DNA from: Candidatus Saccharimonadota bacterium
Lineage (GTDB): Bacteria; Patescibacteriota; Saccharimonadia; Saccharimonadales; OFTM59
Length of the DNA stretch: 60,400 bases
Direction of reading: 5' to 3'
NCBI GenBank assembly: GCA_029260875.1
Contig: JAJDCL010000011.1
Location: forward strand, 1 to 60,400
Part shown: positions 1 to 8,383 of the stretch, piece by piece
How the letters are laid out: every line of letters begins with the position of its first letter
Position numbering within the stretch: the stretch's first letter is position 1
Position numbers and translations under genes: made by a program
The notes under the pieces: model-generated
Databases searched by the model: none
The model's input: the letters and a program-made list of their open reading frames with translations, nothing else
What the model was told of the DNA's origin: nothing

Positions 1-1
1 C

Positions 2-130
2 AAACTCTATGGTTGTGTGCCAACCAATAACTTACAGGCTATCTTAAACGAATGGATGGCCAGACAGAACAGCAAAGAGTTGTTCGCTTCACCACTCAAC
101 TACCTACAAGCTACGCTTGTTCCATGTTAG
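2..130 (+). CDS. 3' end of an unidentified CDS entering from upstream of the window (partial)
   Basis: Frame 2 is open from the window edge to TAG at 128-130 (...LYGCVPTNNLQAILNEWMARQNSKELFASPLNYLQATLVPC*). No recognisable motif. Confidence 0.3.
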   Translation, partial: KLYGCVPTNNLQAILNEWMARQNSKELFASPLNYLQATLVPC

Positions 131-156
131 TTGACTGAGCCAGCATTATTGTTATT

Positions 157-402
157 TTATGTACGAATCTTGGTCATAATCCGAAGATTAGACAAGTAGT
201 CTTTAGGATTGACTTTTGGATGGCCCTTCAGATACGCCATGTGTTTTTCAATAAATGGCGCTTGGTGGTCTGGGTATAGCTCTTCATCTGTATATCCCGG
301 CTCTGTCTTAAACGATTGGTCAGACAACATGCTGGTCAGTGCATCGCGCACTTCTAGTTCTGTCATAAACGCAGCTATAGTAGTCTTGCTTTTAGATGGC
401 AC
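157..402 (-). CDS. hypothetical protein (81 aa, GTG start)
   Basis: ORF track. Same strand as the neighbouring genes. No recognisable motif. Starts 2 nt after the stop of a small upstream ORF. Confidence 0.4.
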   Translation of the reverse strand: MPSKSKTTIAAFMTELEVRDALTSMLSDQSFKTEPGYTDEELYPDHQAPFIEKHMAYLKGHPKVNPKDYLSNLRIMTKIRT

Positions 403-404
403 GA

Positions 405-461
405 CTATTCTTTGGCCTTTTTAGGCTTCTTGACTTCTTTTCTTCCTCGATCTTTTGACAT
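405..461 (-). CDS. small lysine-rich peptide (18 aa, MSKDRGRKEVKKPKKAKE) / upstream ORF
   Basis: ATG at 461 is preceded by a strong SD (AGGAGGATAAC). The TAG stop lies 2 nt before the GTG of the 81-aa ORF. Below the ORF-track size cut-off. Confidence 0.3.
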   Translation of the reverse strand: MSKDRGRKEVKKPKKAKE

Positions 462-514
462 GTTATCCTCCTACGTCCGTAATACATGTATGATTATACG
501 ATTTTAACGAACAA

Positions 515-1738
515 TTATCTAGGTACGAAGGTTAATGCTTGGCCAGCACGACCAGCTCGGCCAGCACGACCGATACGGTGCGTGTAGTCCTGATAGGTCT
601 TTGGAATTGAGTAGTTGATTACATGTGTAATGTCTACTACATCTATACCTCTAGCAGCAACATCAGTGGCCACCAATATATTGATTTGGTTCGTTTTGAA
701 ACTTTTAAGAGCTCTTTGACGCTGACCTTGAGTTTTTCCACCGTGAATAGCATCCGCAGAAAATCCACGGGCTGTCAGCTCTTTGCTGAGGCGTTCGGCG
801 CCGCGTTGTGTCTCTTCAAATACTATGGTTTTCTGAGCAACATCACTGATAAGCACGTCGTGTAGCTTGTCAAGTTTGTCTACACTTGATGCATAATGAA
901 CGACATCTTGGTTAACATTCTCGCTGGTATCACTGGTCTTTGTGGACACAAGAAGGGGTTGGTTAGAGAATGTTTCAATCAACTGGCTAATTTTTGGCTC
1001 CAGCGTCGCAGAGAAAAAGAATGACTGTCTCGGGGTAGCCAGTTTGCCCAAAATTATACGAATATCATCTATAAAGCCCATGTCTAACATTCGGTCAACT
1101 TCATCTAGAACAACAGTGTCAAACGTATCAAGACGAAGCGTATTGCGCTCCATATGGTCTTTGATGCGTCCAGGCGTACCGATAATTATGTTGGGGTTAG
1201 AGCGCAGGTCCCGAAGTTGTGGCCCCATAGACGTCCCGCCAATAAGCAAAGTTCCAAATAAGCCGCTTCCTTTGCCAATCGAGCGGCACTCGTCCTCAAT
1301 CTGCTGAGCGAGCTCACGCGTAGGCGCAACAATCAACGCACGGCTGCGCGGACTGCTCATAAGCTTGTGCAAGACCGGCACCAAGAAGGCTGCAGTCTTG
1401 CCAGTACCAGTGTTAGCAATACCGATAATATCCTTACCGAGTAGGCCTACGGGGATCGTTTGGTCCTGAATCGGTGAGGGAGTGACGTAGCCCTTGCTTG
1501 TCAGATTAGCTTTAATAACATCGTGAGCTTGGAAGTCACTGAACTTGTGCTGTGCAATATATTCAGGGTTCTCGGTAGCCGTAGCTTTACGAATGAATTT
1601 TTGCGGGTCAATGTATTGACCATGCGCGACACCGCCACCGCGCCTACCGCCAGACCGCTTAGGTCCGAATGACTGATGAGATGCGCGGGCACCCCGCTTA
1701 GTAAAAGAACGCGTACGCGTATTAGAGTTATAAGACAT
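515..1738 (-). CDS. DEAD-box ATP-dependent RNA helicase with an Arg/Gly-rich N-terminal tail
   Basis: Motifs seen: ANTGTGKTAAF (I), APTRELAQQ (Ia), DEVD (II variant), SAT (III), HRIGRAGRAG (VI). Confidence 0.9.
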   Translation of the reverse strand: MSYNSNTRTRSFTKRGARASHQSFGPKRSGGRRGGGVAHGQYIDPQKFIRKATATENPEYIAQHKFSDFQAHDVIKANLTSKGYVTPSPIQDQTIPVGLLGKDIIGIANTGTGKTAAFLVPVLHKLMSSPRSRALIVAPTRELAQQIEDECRSIGKGSGLFGTLLIGGTSMGPQLRDLRSNPNIIIGTPGRIKDHMERNTLRLDTFDTVVLDEVDRMLDMGFIDDIRIILGKLATPRQSFFFSATLEPKISQLIETFSNQPLLVSTKTSDTSENVNQDVVHYASSVDKLDKLHDVLISDVAQKTIVFEETQRGAERLSKELTARGFSADAIHGGKTQGQRQRALKSFKTNQINILVATDVAARGIDVVDITHVINYSIPKTYQDYTHRIGRAGRAGRAGQALTFVPR

Positions 1739-1856
1739 AAAAAATGAATCCTTGTTGTTTAGTTAATTACTCTGTTTGCTGCGAATGAAATCAGAGTAAC
1801 TTAGGCTAACTAAACTCGGATTCATTAATAACAATCTGCTTATACTAACACTATCG

Positions 1857-2357
1857 TTATGCGGTGTCAATGAGCTGGCCCTGGTCGGATAAAGATCGTA
1901 GCATTTCTTGCGCAACACTCGGCTTAACAACAGAAAGATATGCAGCGACCCTGCCCATACCAGCGACGATACTTAGACCCTCTAGCGCTACTTTATTAAA
2001 TTCTGGGCTTATTGTGACTAGAATTTCGGCTTCAGCAGACCGACGGGCTGCACGCTCATCAACGTCTTTCGCCCAACCCGTAGCGTGCCTTGCCCGAGCT
2101 TCCCATTCTTCTTCCCATGCTTCTTCCCGTTCTTTGAAATGCTTTCGGAAGTCAGCAACTATCGGGTCTTGGGGCGTCAACCAGCGCCTAAGCCATCCAG
2201 GAGTTAACATAGAAACATATGATTCCGCCTCCGGAGTAGGGTCTTGGGGCGTGCCCTTACTGAATCTGTGATGAAGTTTGCGGGCTCCAACTTCCAAGCA
2301 GTTTAGTTGATCTCTGCCCCGAGCAACAATCCGGATACTTGTTTTTTCTTCACGCAT
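1857..2357 (-). CDS. hypothetical protein (166 aa)
   Basis: ORF track. Downstream partner of the 271-aa ORF on the same strand. No motif recognised. Confidence 0.45.
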   Translation of the reverse strand: MREEKTSIRIVARGRDQLNCLEVGARKLHHRFSKGTPQDPTPEAESYVSMLTPGWLRRWLTPQDPIVADFRKHFKEREEAWEEEWEARARHATGWAKDVDERAARRSAEAEILVTISPEFNKVALEGLSIVAGMGRVAAYLSVVKPSVAQEMLRSLSDQGQLIDTA

Positions 2358-2448
2358 ATATCACATTGTAGCATTTTTTGAATAACTTGTCAAGGTGTTG
2401 TTGTTCCGTCTTTTTGTGAGGGCCACAGAAAGTGGTCAATGCGCGCCG

Positions 2449-3264
2449 TTATAGATGACTGGTCGGGTAGGAACTTATCGATTCTGGCAACGCGACGCTG
2501 CCCATAAGTGGGTGTTTTGGAAATGGTTTTTTTGCAAGTGTGGCACATATTTCTGACACAAGCTTGGCTCTGGTCTCTATCGATTTTTGGCTAGCAACCG
2601 GATAGCCAAGAAGGTCGTCGCTCCTTATGTTATGGCGTGCGCGAGAGCGACCTTGGGTAAAATTACTCAGCACCAATGGCTCAGGCATAATCTCATCAGT
2701 GGCAGCTGGTACTCCGTGTGGCCTTAAAACCATTCCGTCCGTAATCATTCTTTTGCCATAGAATATATGTACGCCGGGCGGGACAAAAACACTATCAACC
2801 ACCCCTTCTCGCTTTGAGGCATCTCCCCCAAAGTCTGAGCCACGCTTAATCTGTAGTGCGAAAATACCGGCTCGGAGGGCGACTGGTATGTGCAAGCCCT
2901 GTTCGTTTAGCAGATAAGCAGCGTCCGCAATTCGGACCCATCTGTTGCTATCTATCTCTATGCTGTCACTGACAAACCCTAAAGCCGCTACCTGATATGC
3001 AGCATGCAGTGCGGTTCTGCCAACATTTATGACCCTAAACGTCTCCATCCGTTCGAGATGATTCTTCATGCCCCTGGCTTGCTGCATCACATCGTCCCTC
3101 AAACTGCCTATATAGACACTGGTTGTATCAAGAATTGCGTTTGCTGCCTCACACGCCTCATGCAATGAGCGGGTTCCGGGTTGGCCCTCAGTGAGGTGGC
3201 TATAAAAACCAAGAGGGGGGGTGGAATGAGGAAGTGCGCCCACTAACGAGGATGTTGTTGCCAT
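2449..3264 (-). CDS. hypothetical protein (271 aa)
   Basis: ORF track. A sigma70-like promoter and a palindrome lie upstream. No motif recognised. Confidence 0.5.
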   Translation of the reverse strand: MATTSSLVGALPHSTPPLGFYSHLTEGQPGTRSLHEACEAANAILDTTSVYIGSLRDDVMQQARGMKNHLERMETFRVINVGRTALHAAYQVAALGFVSDSIEIDSNRWVRIADAAYLLNEQGLHIPVALRAGIFALQIKRGSDFGGDASKREGVVDSVFVPPGVHIFYGKRMITDGMVLRPHGVPAATDEIMPEPLVLSNFTQGRSRARHNIRSDDLLGYPVASQKSIETRAKLVSEICATLAKKPFPKHPLMGSVALPESISSYPTSHL

Positions 3265-3294
3265 GTTTGTTACTTAAGCTTAGCTACTACTTCC

Positions 3295-3338
3295 AATGTA
3301 TGCTTGGGAACCATCAATGTCAAGGTGAGAATTCTCAC
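3295..3338 (-). promoter_or_regulatory. sigma70-like promoter with an adjacent 14-bp perfect palindrome
   Basis: Minus strand: TTGACA (3323-3318), 17-nt spacer, TACATT (3300-3295). GTGAGAATTCTCAC (3325-3338) abuts the -35. The start codon at 3264 is ~30 nt downstream. Confidence 0.35.
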
Positions 3339-3560
3339 ACGTCAAAACAGCAACATTATTGAAAAATACCCAGGTTTCTTTGAGTGCTTTTGATAGGATT
3401 TGGCGACATCTATTTACACCCTGCGTACAAGCACTTCAATAGCAGTCTATCTCTTTTGACGAACGTAAGGGGGTGAACAAATCCTATTCAACGGCGAATT
3501 TTATATAGATAATTCTGCGAAAGTTCACACCCCCAAATTAGCAGTATTTACAGATTTGGA

Positions 3561-3595
3561 ACAAACAAAAAAGCACCAGAATATCTTCTGATGCT
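3561..3595 (-). terminator. rho-independent terminator of ssrA
   Basis: Minus-strand hairpin AGCATCAGAA-GATA-TTCTGGTGCT (10 bp, one G.U), followed by TTTTTTGTTTG. It begins 5 nt after the tmRNA CCA. Confidence 0.7.
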
Positions 3596-3599
3596 CATT

Positions 3600-3996
3600 T
3601 GGTGGAGCTGGCGGGGATTAAACCCGCGTCCGCTAGTTTAACTGGTTAGTCTATCCTACAGGTATAGGTCATTTGAATACTGTAAAACGTGAAAATGACC
3701 AAAAGGTTCTACAGGTTGATCCTGGTCTTAGTTCAGCTACGGATCAATCGCTAAAGGCAACCAGATAAATTGGCGTGCGCTAACATTATCTGATGTCACG
3801 CTAGGCACGGCTATAGACAATTAAGCTACAGCTGGTGCGAAAGTTTGTACGCTAAAAGAAGCCATAACAGCCTCTTTCATTGCAACAAGTTTTTCGCGGA
3901 ATGATGTTTTTGCATCTATTCGGTTTTGCCTATACGCTGGCAAGCGACCTGCTGATCTAACCGTTAAAGTCCAACGTCGAGCTAAATATCAGCCCC
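3600..3996 (-). ncRNA. ssrA: tmRNA (SsrA)
   Basis: Minus strand starts GGGGCTGATATTTAGCTCGACG and ends GCGGGTTTAATCCCCGCCAGCTCCACCA (tRNA-Ala-like acceptor/T-arm with CCA). An internal reading frame ends ...TFAPAVA-TAA. Confidence 0.85.
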
Positions 3997-4054
3997 TCGT
4001 CAATGCCACCTCTCGGGGTGGTCACATAATTATAACACTTATGTCAGCAAGCTG

Positions 4055-4498
4055 CTAGTGCTCTAACTGGTCGGCTGCGCAAATTGCGCTATGCATAATA
4101 CCAAGAATCTCCGCCAGCTGGAGCTGTTGTTTTTCGCTCAGGCGGGCAAATACAGGGGCATGATAATTGTTAAGAGTAACCATCGCCTTTTCAGCAATTT
4201 GTTGCCCTTTAAGTGTTAAGGATGTTACGTGTTCCCTGCGATTTTTAGGATTAACTCTACTCTCAATCCAACCCTTATCCTTCATAGAAACTATCTGGCG
4301 GCTAATACTTGCCTCTGTCTGACCGAGGTAACTCGCGATCTGCTTTTGTTGTATTCCTTCACGCCATTTTAGAGCAACCAAGATCTTGAACTGGGAGAAC
4401 CCTAGCCCTAGACGTTCGCGCAAGATTTGATCAGATTGCTGGTCTATGACAAAAGACAGGTGGTGTAGCAAATAACCGGTCTGTTTTGCAGGATTCAT
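4055..4498 (-). CDS. MarR-family transcriptional regulator
   Basis: 147 aa. Winged-HTH segment QKQIASYLGQTEASISRQIVSMKDKGWIESRVNPKNRREHVTSLTLKG is typical of MarR. Confidence 0.8.
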   Translation of the reverse strand: MNPAKQTGYLLHHLSFVIDQQSDQILRERLGLGFSQFKILVALKWREGIQQKQIASYLGQTEASISRQIVSMKDKGWIESRVNPKNRREHVTSLTLKGQQIAEKAMVTLNNYHAPVFARLSEKQQLQLAEILGIMHSAICAADQLEH

Positions 4499-4578
4499 AG
4501 CTTTACTTTACTAGTTAAGTGTTAACGTGTAAAGATTTGTCGAGATCGACTGCTAGAAATCAGGTTGGGCGACATTGC

Positions 4579-5346
4579 TCAAGGATGTTTTTTAAGGGTG
4601 ATACTTTCAAACATTCTGATGACAGTCTGGGCGTCGTCGCTAGTAAGAAATTCCGCATTTTCTGAACTGGCGATCATGCGAAAGTCAAAGCGAGGAGTTA
4701 CAACACTCCCGCATGGGAAAATTACGGCTCCCATTTCAGGTTTATTCACAACTTGTTCAATCCAGAACTCTTCATTTGTCAGGCACAGGGAGTACAAAGT
4801 CTTCGGTTCACTTAGCACGCTGTGCTTGCTTGGTGTGTACTTTGTAGTAATCAGCGTTACGGGTGCCCGACCATCAAGATAGCCGGTGTTCTGCGGGTCG
4901 ATATCTACAACCTCGCCTCTGGAGAGTAACTCCCATGTTGCGCATTCGTTAGTTATTTTGTGCGGTATATCTTGTGGCTGTGGCTCGCACCACCCGCCTC
5001 GACCACCTTGCTCATACGAAATGGTCAGTTTCGTGCCCGTTGGCGAAACGAACGACACTTCCCCGCTAAGGTATGTTTCGCTCTCGCCAACGATCTCTTC
5101 TTGTTTATCCGTTATCTTCCAATCGTCAGGATAGTCAATACTAAAGCCCGGATTATCGTCAACATAAGTAAGCATTCCTGTCTTTTCAGCTTCTTGAATA
5201 TTTTGAGATTCTGTCGGCTTAGATGACCCGGTCTTCTGCTCACTATTCTTGTAAACCCTGTAACCAACCGCGCCTATTATCACCAAGACCACCGACAGCA
5301 TGATAGCCGCCACATGAGCTACGCCGCTGTCTTGAAGCTTTTTCAT
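4579..5346 (-). CDS. membrane-anchored/secreted hypothetical protein
   Basis: The N-terminal hydrophobic segment VAHVAAIMLSVVLVIIGAVGY is followed by a soluble domain. No motif recognised. Confidence 0.55.
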   Translation of the reverse strand: MKKLQDSGVAHVAAIMLSVVLVIIGAVGYRVYKNSEQKTGSSKPTESQNIQEAEKTGMLTYVDDNPGFSIDYPDDWKITDKQEEIVGESETYLSGEVSFVSPTGTKLTISYEQGGRGGWCEPQPQDIPHKITNECATWELLSRGEVVDIDPQNTGYLDGRAPVTLITTKYTPSKHSVLSEPKTLYSLCLTNEEFWIEQVVNKPEMGAVIFPCGSVVTPRFDFRMIASSENAEFLTSDDAQTVIRMFESITLKKHP

Positions 5347-5356
5347 CGTGCTTATC

Positions 5357-6154
5357 CTAATTAATTATCGTTATTGTAATATATATATATAGTCTGTGCC
5401 AGTCGTCCAGGCTTAATTCCTGCGCCCGTACGCCAGGGTCTATGCCGGCGGCTTCCAGTATAGCTAAGGTTTCCGGCTTGCTCAGGTGCAGCCCGCCGCT
5501 CAAAGAATTGTGAAGGGTTTTGCGCCGACTGCTAAAACCAGCTTTTACAATACGAAAGAATTTTTTGGGCTCAATATCCGAGAAAAGTGGTTTTGCGCGT
5601 CTTTTAAGAATCAGGATCTGTGAATCTACTTTTGGTGCTGGCTCAAAGAGATTGGCCGATACCATGCGCCCCAGACTTGCCTCCCAATAGAACTGCGCGC
5701 TAACGCTTAGGAGTGACATCTTTCCGGGAACAGCAGTGACTCGCTCTGCCACTTCTTTTTGCACTAAAAGCACAGCCACGCTTGGCGGGTTGGACGATTC
5801 GCTAAGAACCCTGATAAGATTGCTTGTCAGATAATATGGGATATTTGCTACTACCTTGTAGTCTGCCGGAAGTGCCGTGAAGTCAAACTTTAGAATGTCC
5901 TGATTAATAACTATGAGGTTATCTGCTGACAGTTGACGGGGGAGCTTATCAGCGAGCGCTTCATCAAACTCAATGGCCACCACATCTTTGGCCTGGCGCA
6001 ACAAATATCGCGTTAATGAGCCCTGGCCTGGCCCAATTTCTACAACTGTATCCTCAGCATTTATGTTGGCTGCTGCACACATTGCTTTTAGGCTCCCTGG
6101 GTCGTTCAGCCAATGTTGGCCTAGTGACTTTTTGGCCTGAGGCAACTCGCTCAT
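5357..6154 (-). CDS. rsmA: 16S rRNA (adenine1518/1519-N6)-dimethyltransferase
   Basis: KKSLGQHWL start and SAM motif VVEIGPGQGSLT. The length (265 aa) is typical. Confidence 0.9.
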   Translation of the reverse strand: MSELPQAKKSLGQHWLNDPGSLKAMCAAANINAEDTVVEIGPGQGSLTRYLLRQAKDVVAIEFDEALADKLPRQLSADNLIVINQDILKFDFTALPADYKVVANIPYYLTSNLIRVLSESSNPPSVAVLLVQKEVAERVTAVPGKMSLLSVSAQFYWEASLGRMVSANLFEPAPKVDSQILILKRRAKPLFSDIEPKKFFRIVKAGFSSRRKTLHNSLSGGLHLSKPETLAILEAAGIDPGVRAQELSLDDWHRLYIYITITIIN

Positions 6155-6573
6155 AGGTCCAGGAGTGTTAGGCCGGTCACGTCATCTATTGAGCGGGTCA
6201 ACTTATCGTGGAACCAATTATGTATAAATATCTCACAAGTACCACCAACTCGCAGTTCCTTAACGTGCCCGCCAATGCTTTGCATATTAGCGTCGCTGAA
6301 TGTCCCATGAATATGAACGACGGGGTCTTTATCGACCCATGCAATATTGCCCTGCAGACTGGTGATTTCCAGCAACTTGTCAAATTCTTTGATTTTATAG
6401 CTTTTCGCTGGCAAATCATAAAACGCCAATTCAACTGAAAGAGCCCCGCCAATACCACTGATCCAACCGCCGCGTATATTTTCTTGCCTTGCAAATTTTA
6501 TTAAGTTTTCGACCAGACTCTCCCCCTTTTGAAGACGGATCATCCAGTTAAACCCATCGTACTGGTGTTTCAT
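6151..6573 (-). CDS. PPC (DUF296) domain protein
   Basis: 140 aa with GIGGALSVELAFYD ... LEITSLQGNIA ... HIHGTFSD ... GGHV, the PPC/DUF296 pattern. Its stop overlaps the rsmA start. Confidence 0.7.
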   Translation of the reverse strand: MKHQYDGFNWMIRLQKGESLVENLIKFARQENIRGGWISGIGGALSVELAFYDLPAKSYKIKEFDKLLEITSLQGNIAWVDKDPVVHIHGTFSDANMQSIGGHVKELRVGGTCEIFIHNWFHDKLTRSIDDVTGLTLLDL

Positions 6574-6596
6574 AAACTTAGTGTATCAAATCTCTC

Positions 6597-7853
6597 TTAC
6601 CACCAACGGTTTGCCTGCCAATGATTAAATGCTCCCTGCCAACCCCCGCCATACCTATTGAAGCGGACTCCTTGTGCATATCCGTGAAAGAAGCGTATTT
6701 GGCAAACTGGATCTGATTGCCAGTTCGGGCATGCAGCAGCCAACTTACTGCCAGGACAGGCTTGGCCAAGTCCCGCGCAGCCACTTGGATTTACGGCGTT
6801 AACGCGCCAGCCAGACTCATGACTTATGATAAAGTCAACGTAGTAAAAATCATTAGGGCTTATACCTGCAGCTGCCATAATCTCGGCCTTGTTGCCGGCT
6901 ACAACCGGGGCTTTTTTACCCCTGGCTACTACACGAACAGTTGGTTGTTCAATAATTACTTCCTGAATTAGTTTGCGAGAAGTCTCTATGCCATTTGTTA
7001 GGCCTATTTCGTAAGTTACAATTCGCTTACCTGGCTGACCTGGCTCGCGTACTTGCGACGACCCGAGTGTGAGGTTAAAATCGTCAACATACTCAATCGG
7101 CGGATCAATCGCCTCTTCTAACTGTTCAAGCTGAGTCCCAAACCTTGCGATAAAAACTTGGGTGTCCGGAGTCAATGCCGTCCCCGGGGACGGCAGTATA
7201 CTGTCTCCTTCGTTAATTTTTATACCCTTTTCCTCCAGCAATGCCTCAACTGTAGTAGCGTGCGTACGCACGGTCACAACATTACCATATAGGTTGATAG
7301 TAGCTGGTGTGGCGCGGTCAATTACAACTTTTTCAGAAATAACATTTTGCGTATTAATTGCTTCCAACGGGTCCACAATGTCGGCCGCCACTTTGGTTAC
7401 TTTATCCTCTGGGTACACTTTCAAACCAACCTTTTCAGCTACACGTTGGGGCGTAGGCTCGGCAGTAACTATGATCTTTTGCTCGCCTTCATCGTCTACC
7501 AGCACTGTCCGCGCCCGGTAAACATTAACCTGAAATCCCGTATCAGTAATCTCCGTTGTGACCCCTGGCTCAACAATATCGCTCTCGTACACACTGATAG
7601 CCAGGCGGTCAAGTAGGTCCTTTACAGTTTTCGCTCTGGTAGGTACTACTTGTTCTCGCCCCTCAACAAACAGCCGAACAACCCGTGTGTCAGATGCTCC
7701 GATCGTTTGTCCGCCCGTAGAAATGACAAAGCCTATGCTAAGAAAAAACAGCACCAAGAAGACTGTCACCGGTAAAACAAAGGGGTGGTTACGAAGACGC
7801 CGAGTCTTCGATTTTTTAGTTTTGACGATTCCACGTTTTCTGATGTTTAACAT
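6597..7853 (-). CDS. DUF348/G5-domain cell-wall hydrolase (RpfB/YabE-like)
   Basis: N-terminal TM, repeated DUF348-like segments, a G5-like segment (...VRVVARGKK) and a C-terminal lysozyme-like block ISHESGWRVNAVNPSGCAGLGQA. Confidence 0.7.
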   Translation of the reverse strand: MLNIRKRGIVKTKKSKTRRLRNHPFVLPVTVFLVLFFLSIGFVISTGGQTIGASDTRVVRLFVEGREQVVPTRAKTVKDLLDRLAISVYESDIVEPGVTTEITDTGFQVNVYRARTVLVDDEGEQKIIVTAEPTPQRVAEKVGLKVYPEDKVTKVAADIVDPLEAINTQNVISEKVVIDRATPATINLYGNVVTVRTHATTVEALLEEKGIKINEGDSILPSPGTALTPDTQVFIARFGTQLEQLEEAIDPPIEYVDDFNLTLGSSQVREPGQPGKRIVTYEIGLTNGIETSRKLIQEVIIEQPTVRVVARGKKAPVVAGNKAEIMAAAGISPNDFYYVDFIISHESGWRVNAVNPSGCAGLGQACPGSKLAAACPNWQSDPVCQIRFFHGYAQGVRFNRYGGGWQGAFNHWQANRWW

Positions 7854-7915
7854 ACGTAAAAGTTAGCTAGTTGGTCGTAAATCTTGGAAACTTAGCCAGC
7901 CCTCATTTTAACAGT

Positions 7916-8383
7916 TTAATTTGATTGTCGCCATGCACGTATAAGCTCTTTGCTGGCTTTGCAAATATCGCTTCTGTCTGCCAGCTCTTTTTCCTGAAAC
8001 CATCGCCCCTCTACAAGCTCAAACTTTCGCGGATGTAGCGTTGGGCGTTTTGATAGCTCCGTGGCATAAGTTATCAGAGTGGGCACAAGACCGCTTTCGC
8101 TCATGCGATGTTTGCTTAAGAACTTCAGTTTTTTGGGTTCAACTTGTATGCCGGTCTCTTCTTTGAGCTCCCTTAGTGCCCCCTTGATGGCATCCTCACC
8201 GCTGTGCAGACCGCCCCCGGGTAGTTTCCATAATCCTGGCCCAAGCCAGCTTTTTACAAGCAAAACCTCGCCCTTATAACTTATAATAATACGTGTTCTT
8301 TTGGACGTATAAACATATATGAACAGTACTGGCCAGCTGAGCCAGAACACAGTCTTGCCTGCCCAAACCCAAATGTTTCTCAT
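7916..8383 (-). CDS. NUDIX hydrolase with N-terminal TM segment
   Basis: Nudix box GGGLHSGEDAIKGALRELKEETGI. Confidence 0.8.
   Translation of the reverse strand: MRNIWVWAGKTVFWLSWPVLFIYVYTSKRTRIIISYKGEVLLVKSWLGPGLWKLPGGGLHSGEDAIKGALRELKEETGIQVEPKKLKFLSKHRMSESGLVPTLITYATELSKRPTLHPRKFELVEGRWFQEKELADRSDICKASKELIRAWRQSN

Noticed and set aside
1750-3600. Genomic island integrated into the 3' end of ssrA
   Set aside because: The tmRNA CCA is followed within 5 nt by its own terminator. I found no direct repeat of the ssrA 3' end near 1740-1860 and no integrase. Spot counts of GC (about 52% here versus 42-52% elsewhere) are within the local scatter.
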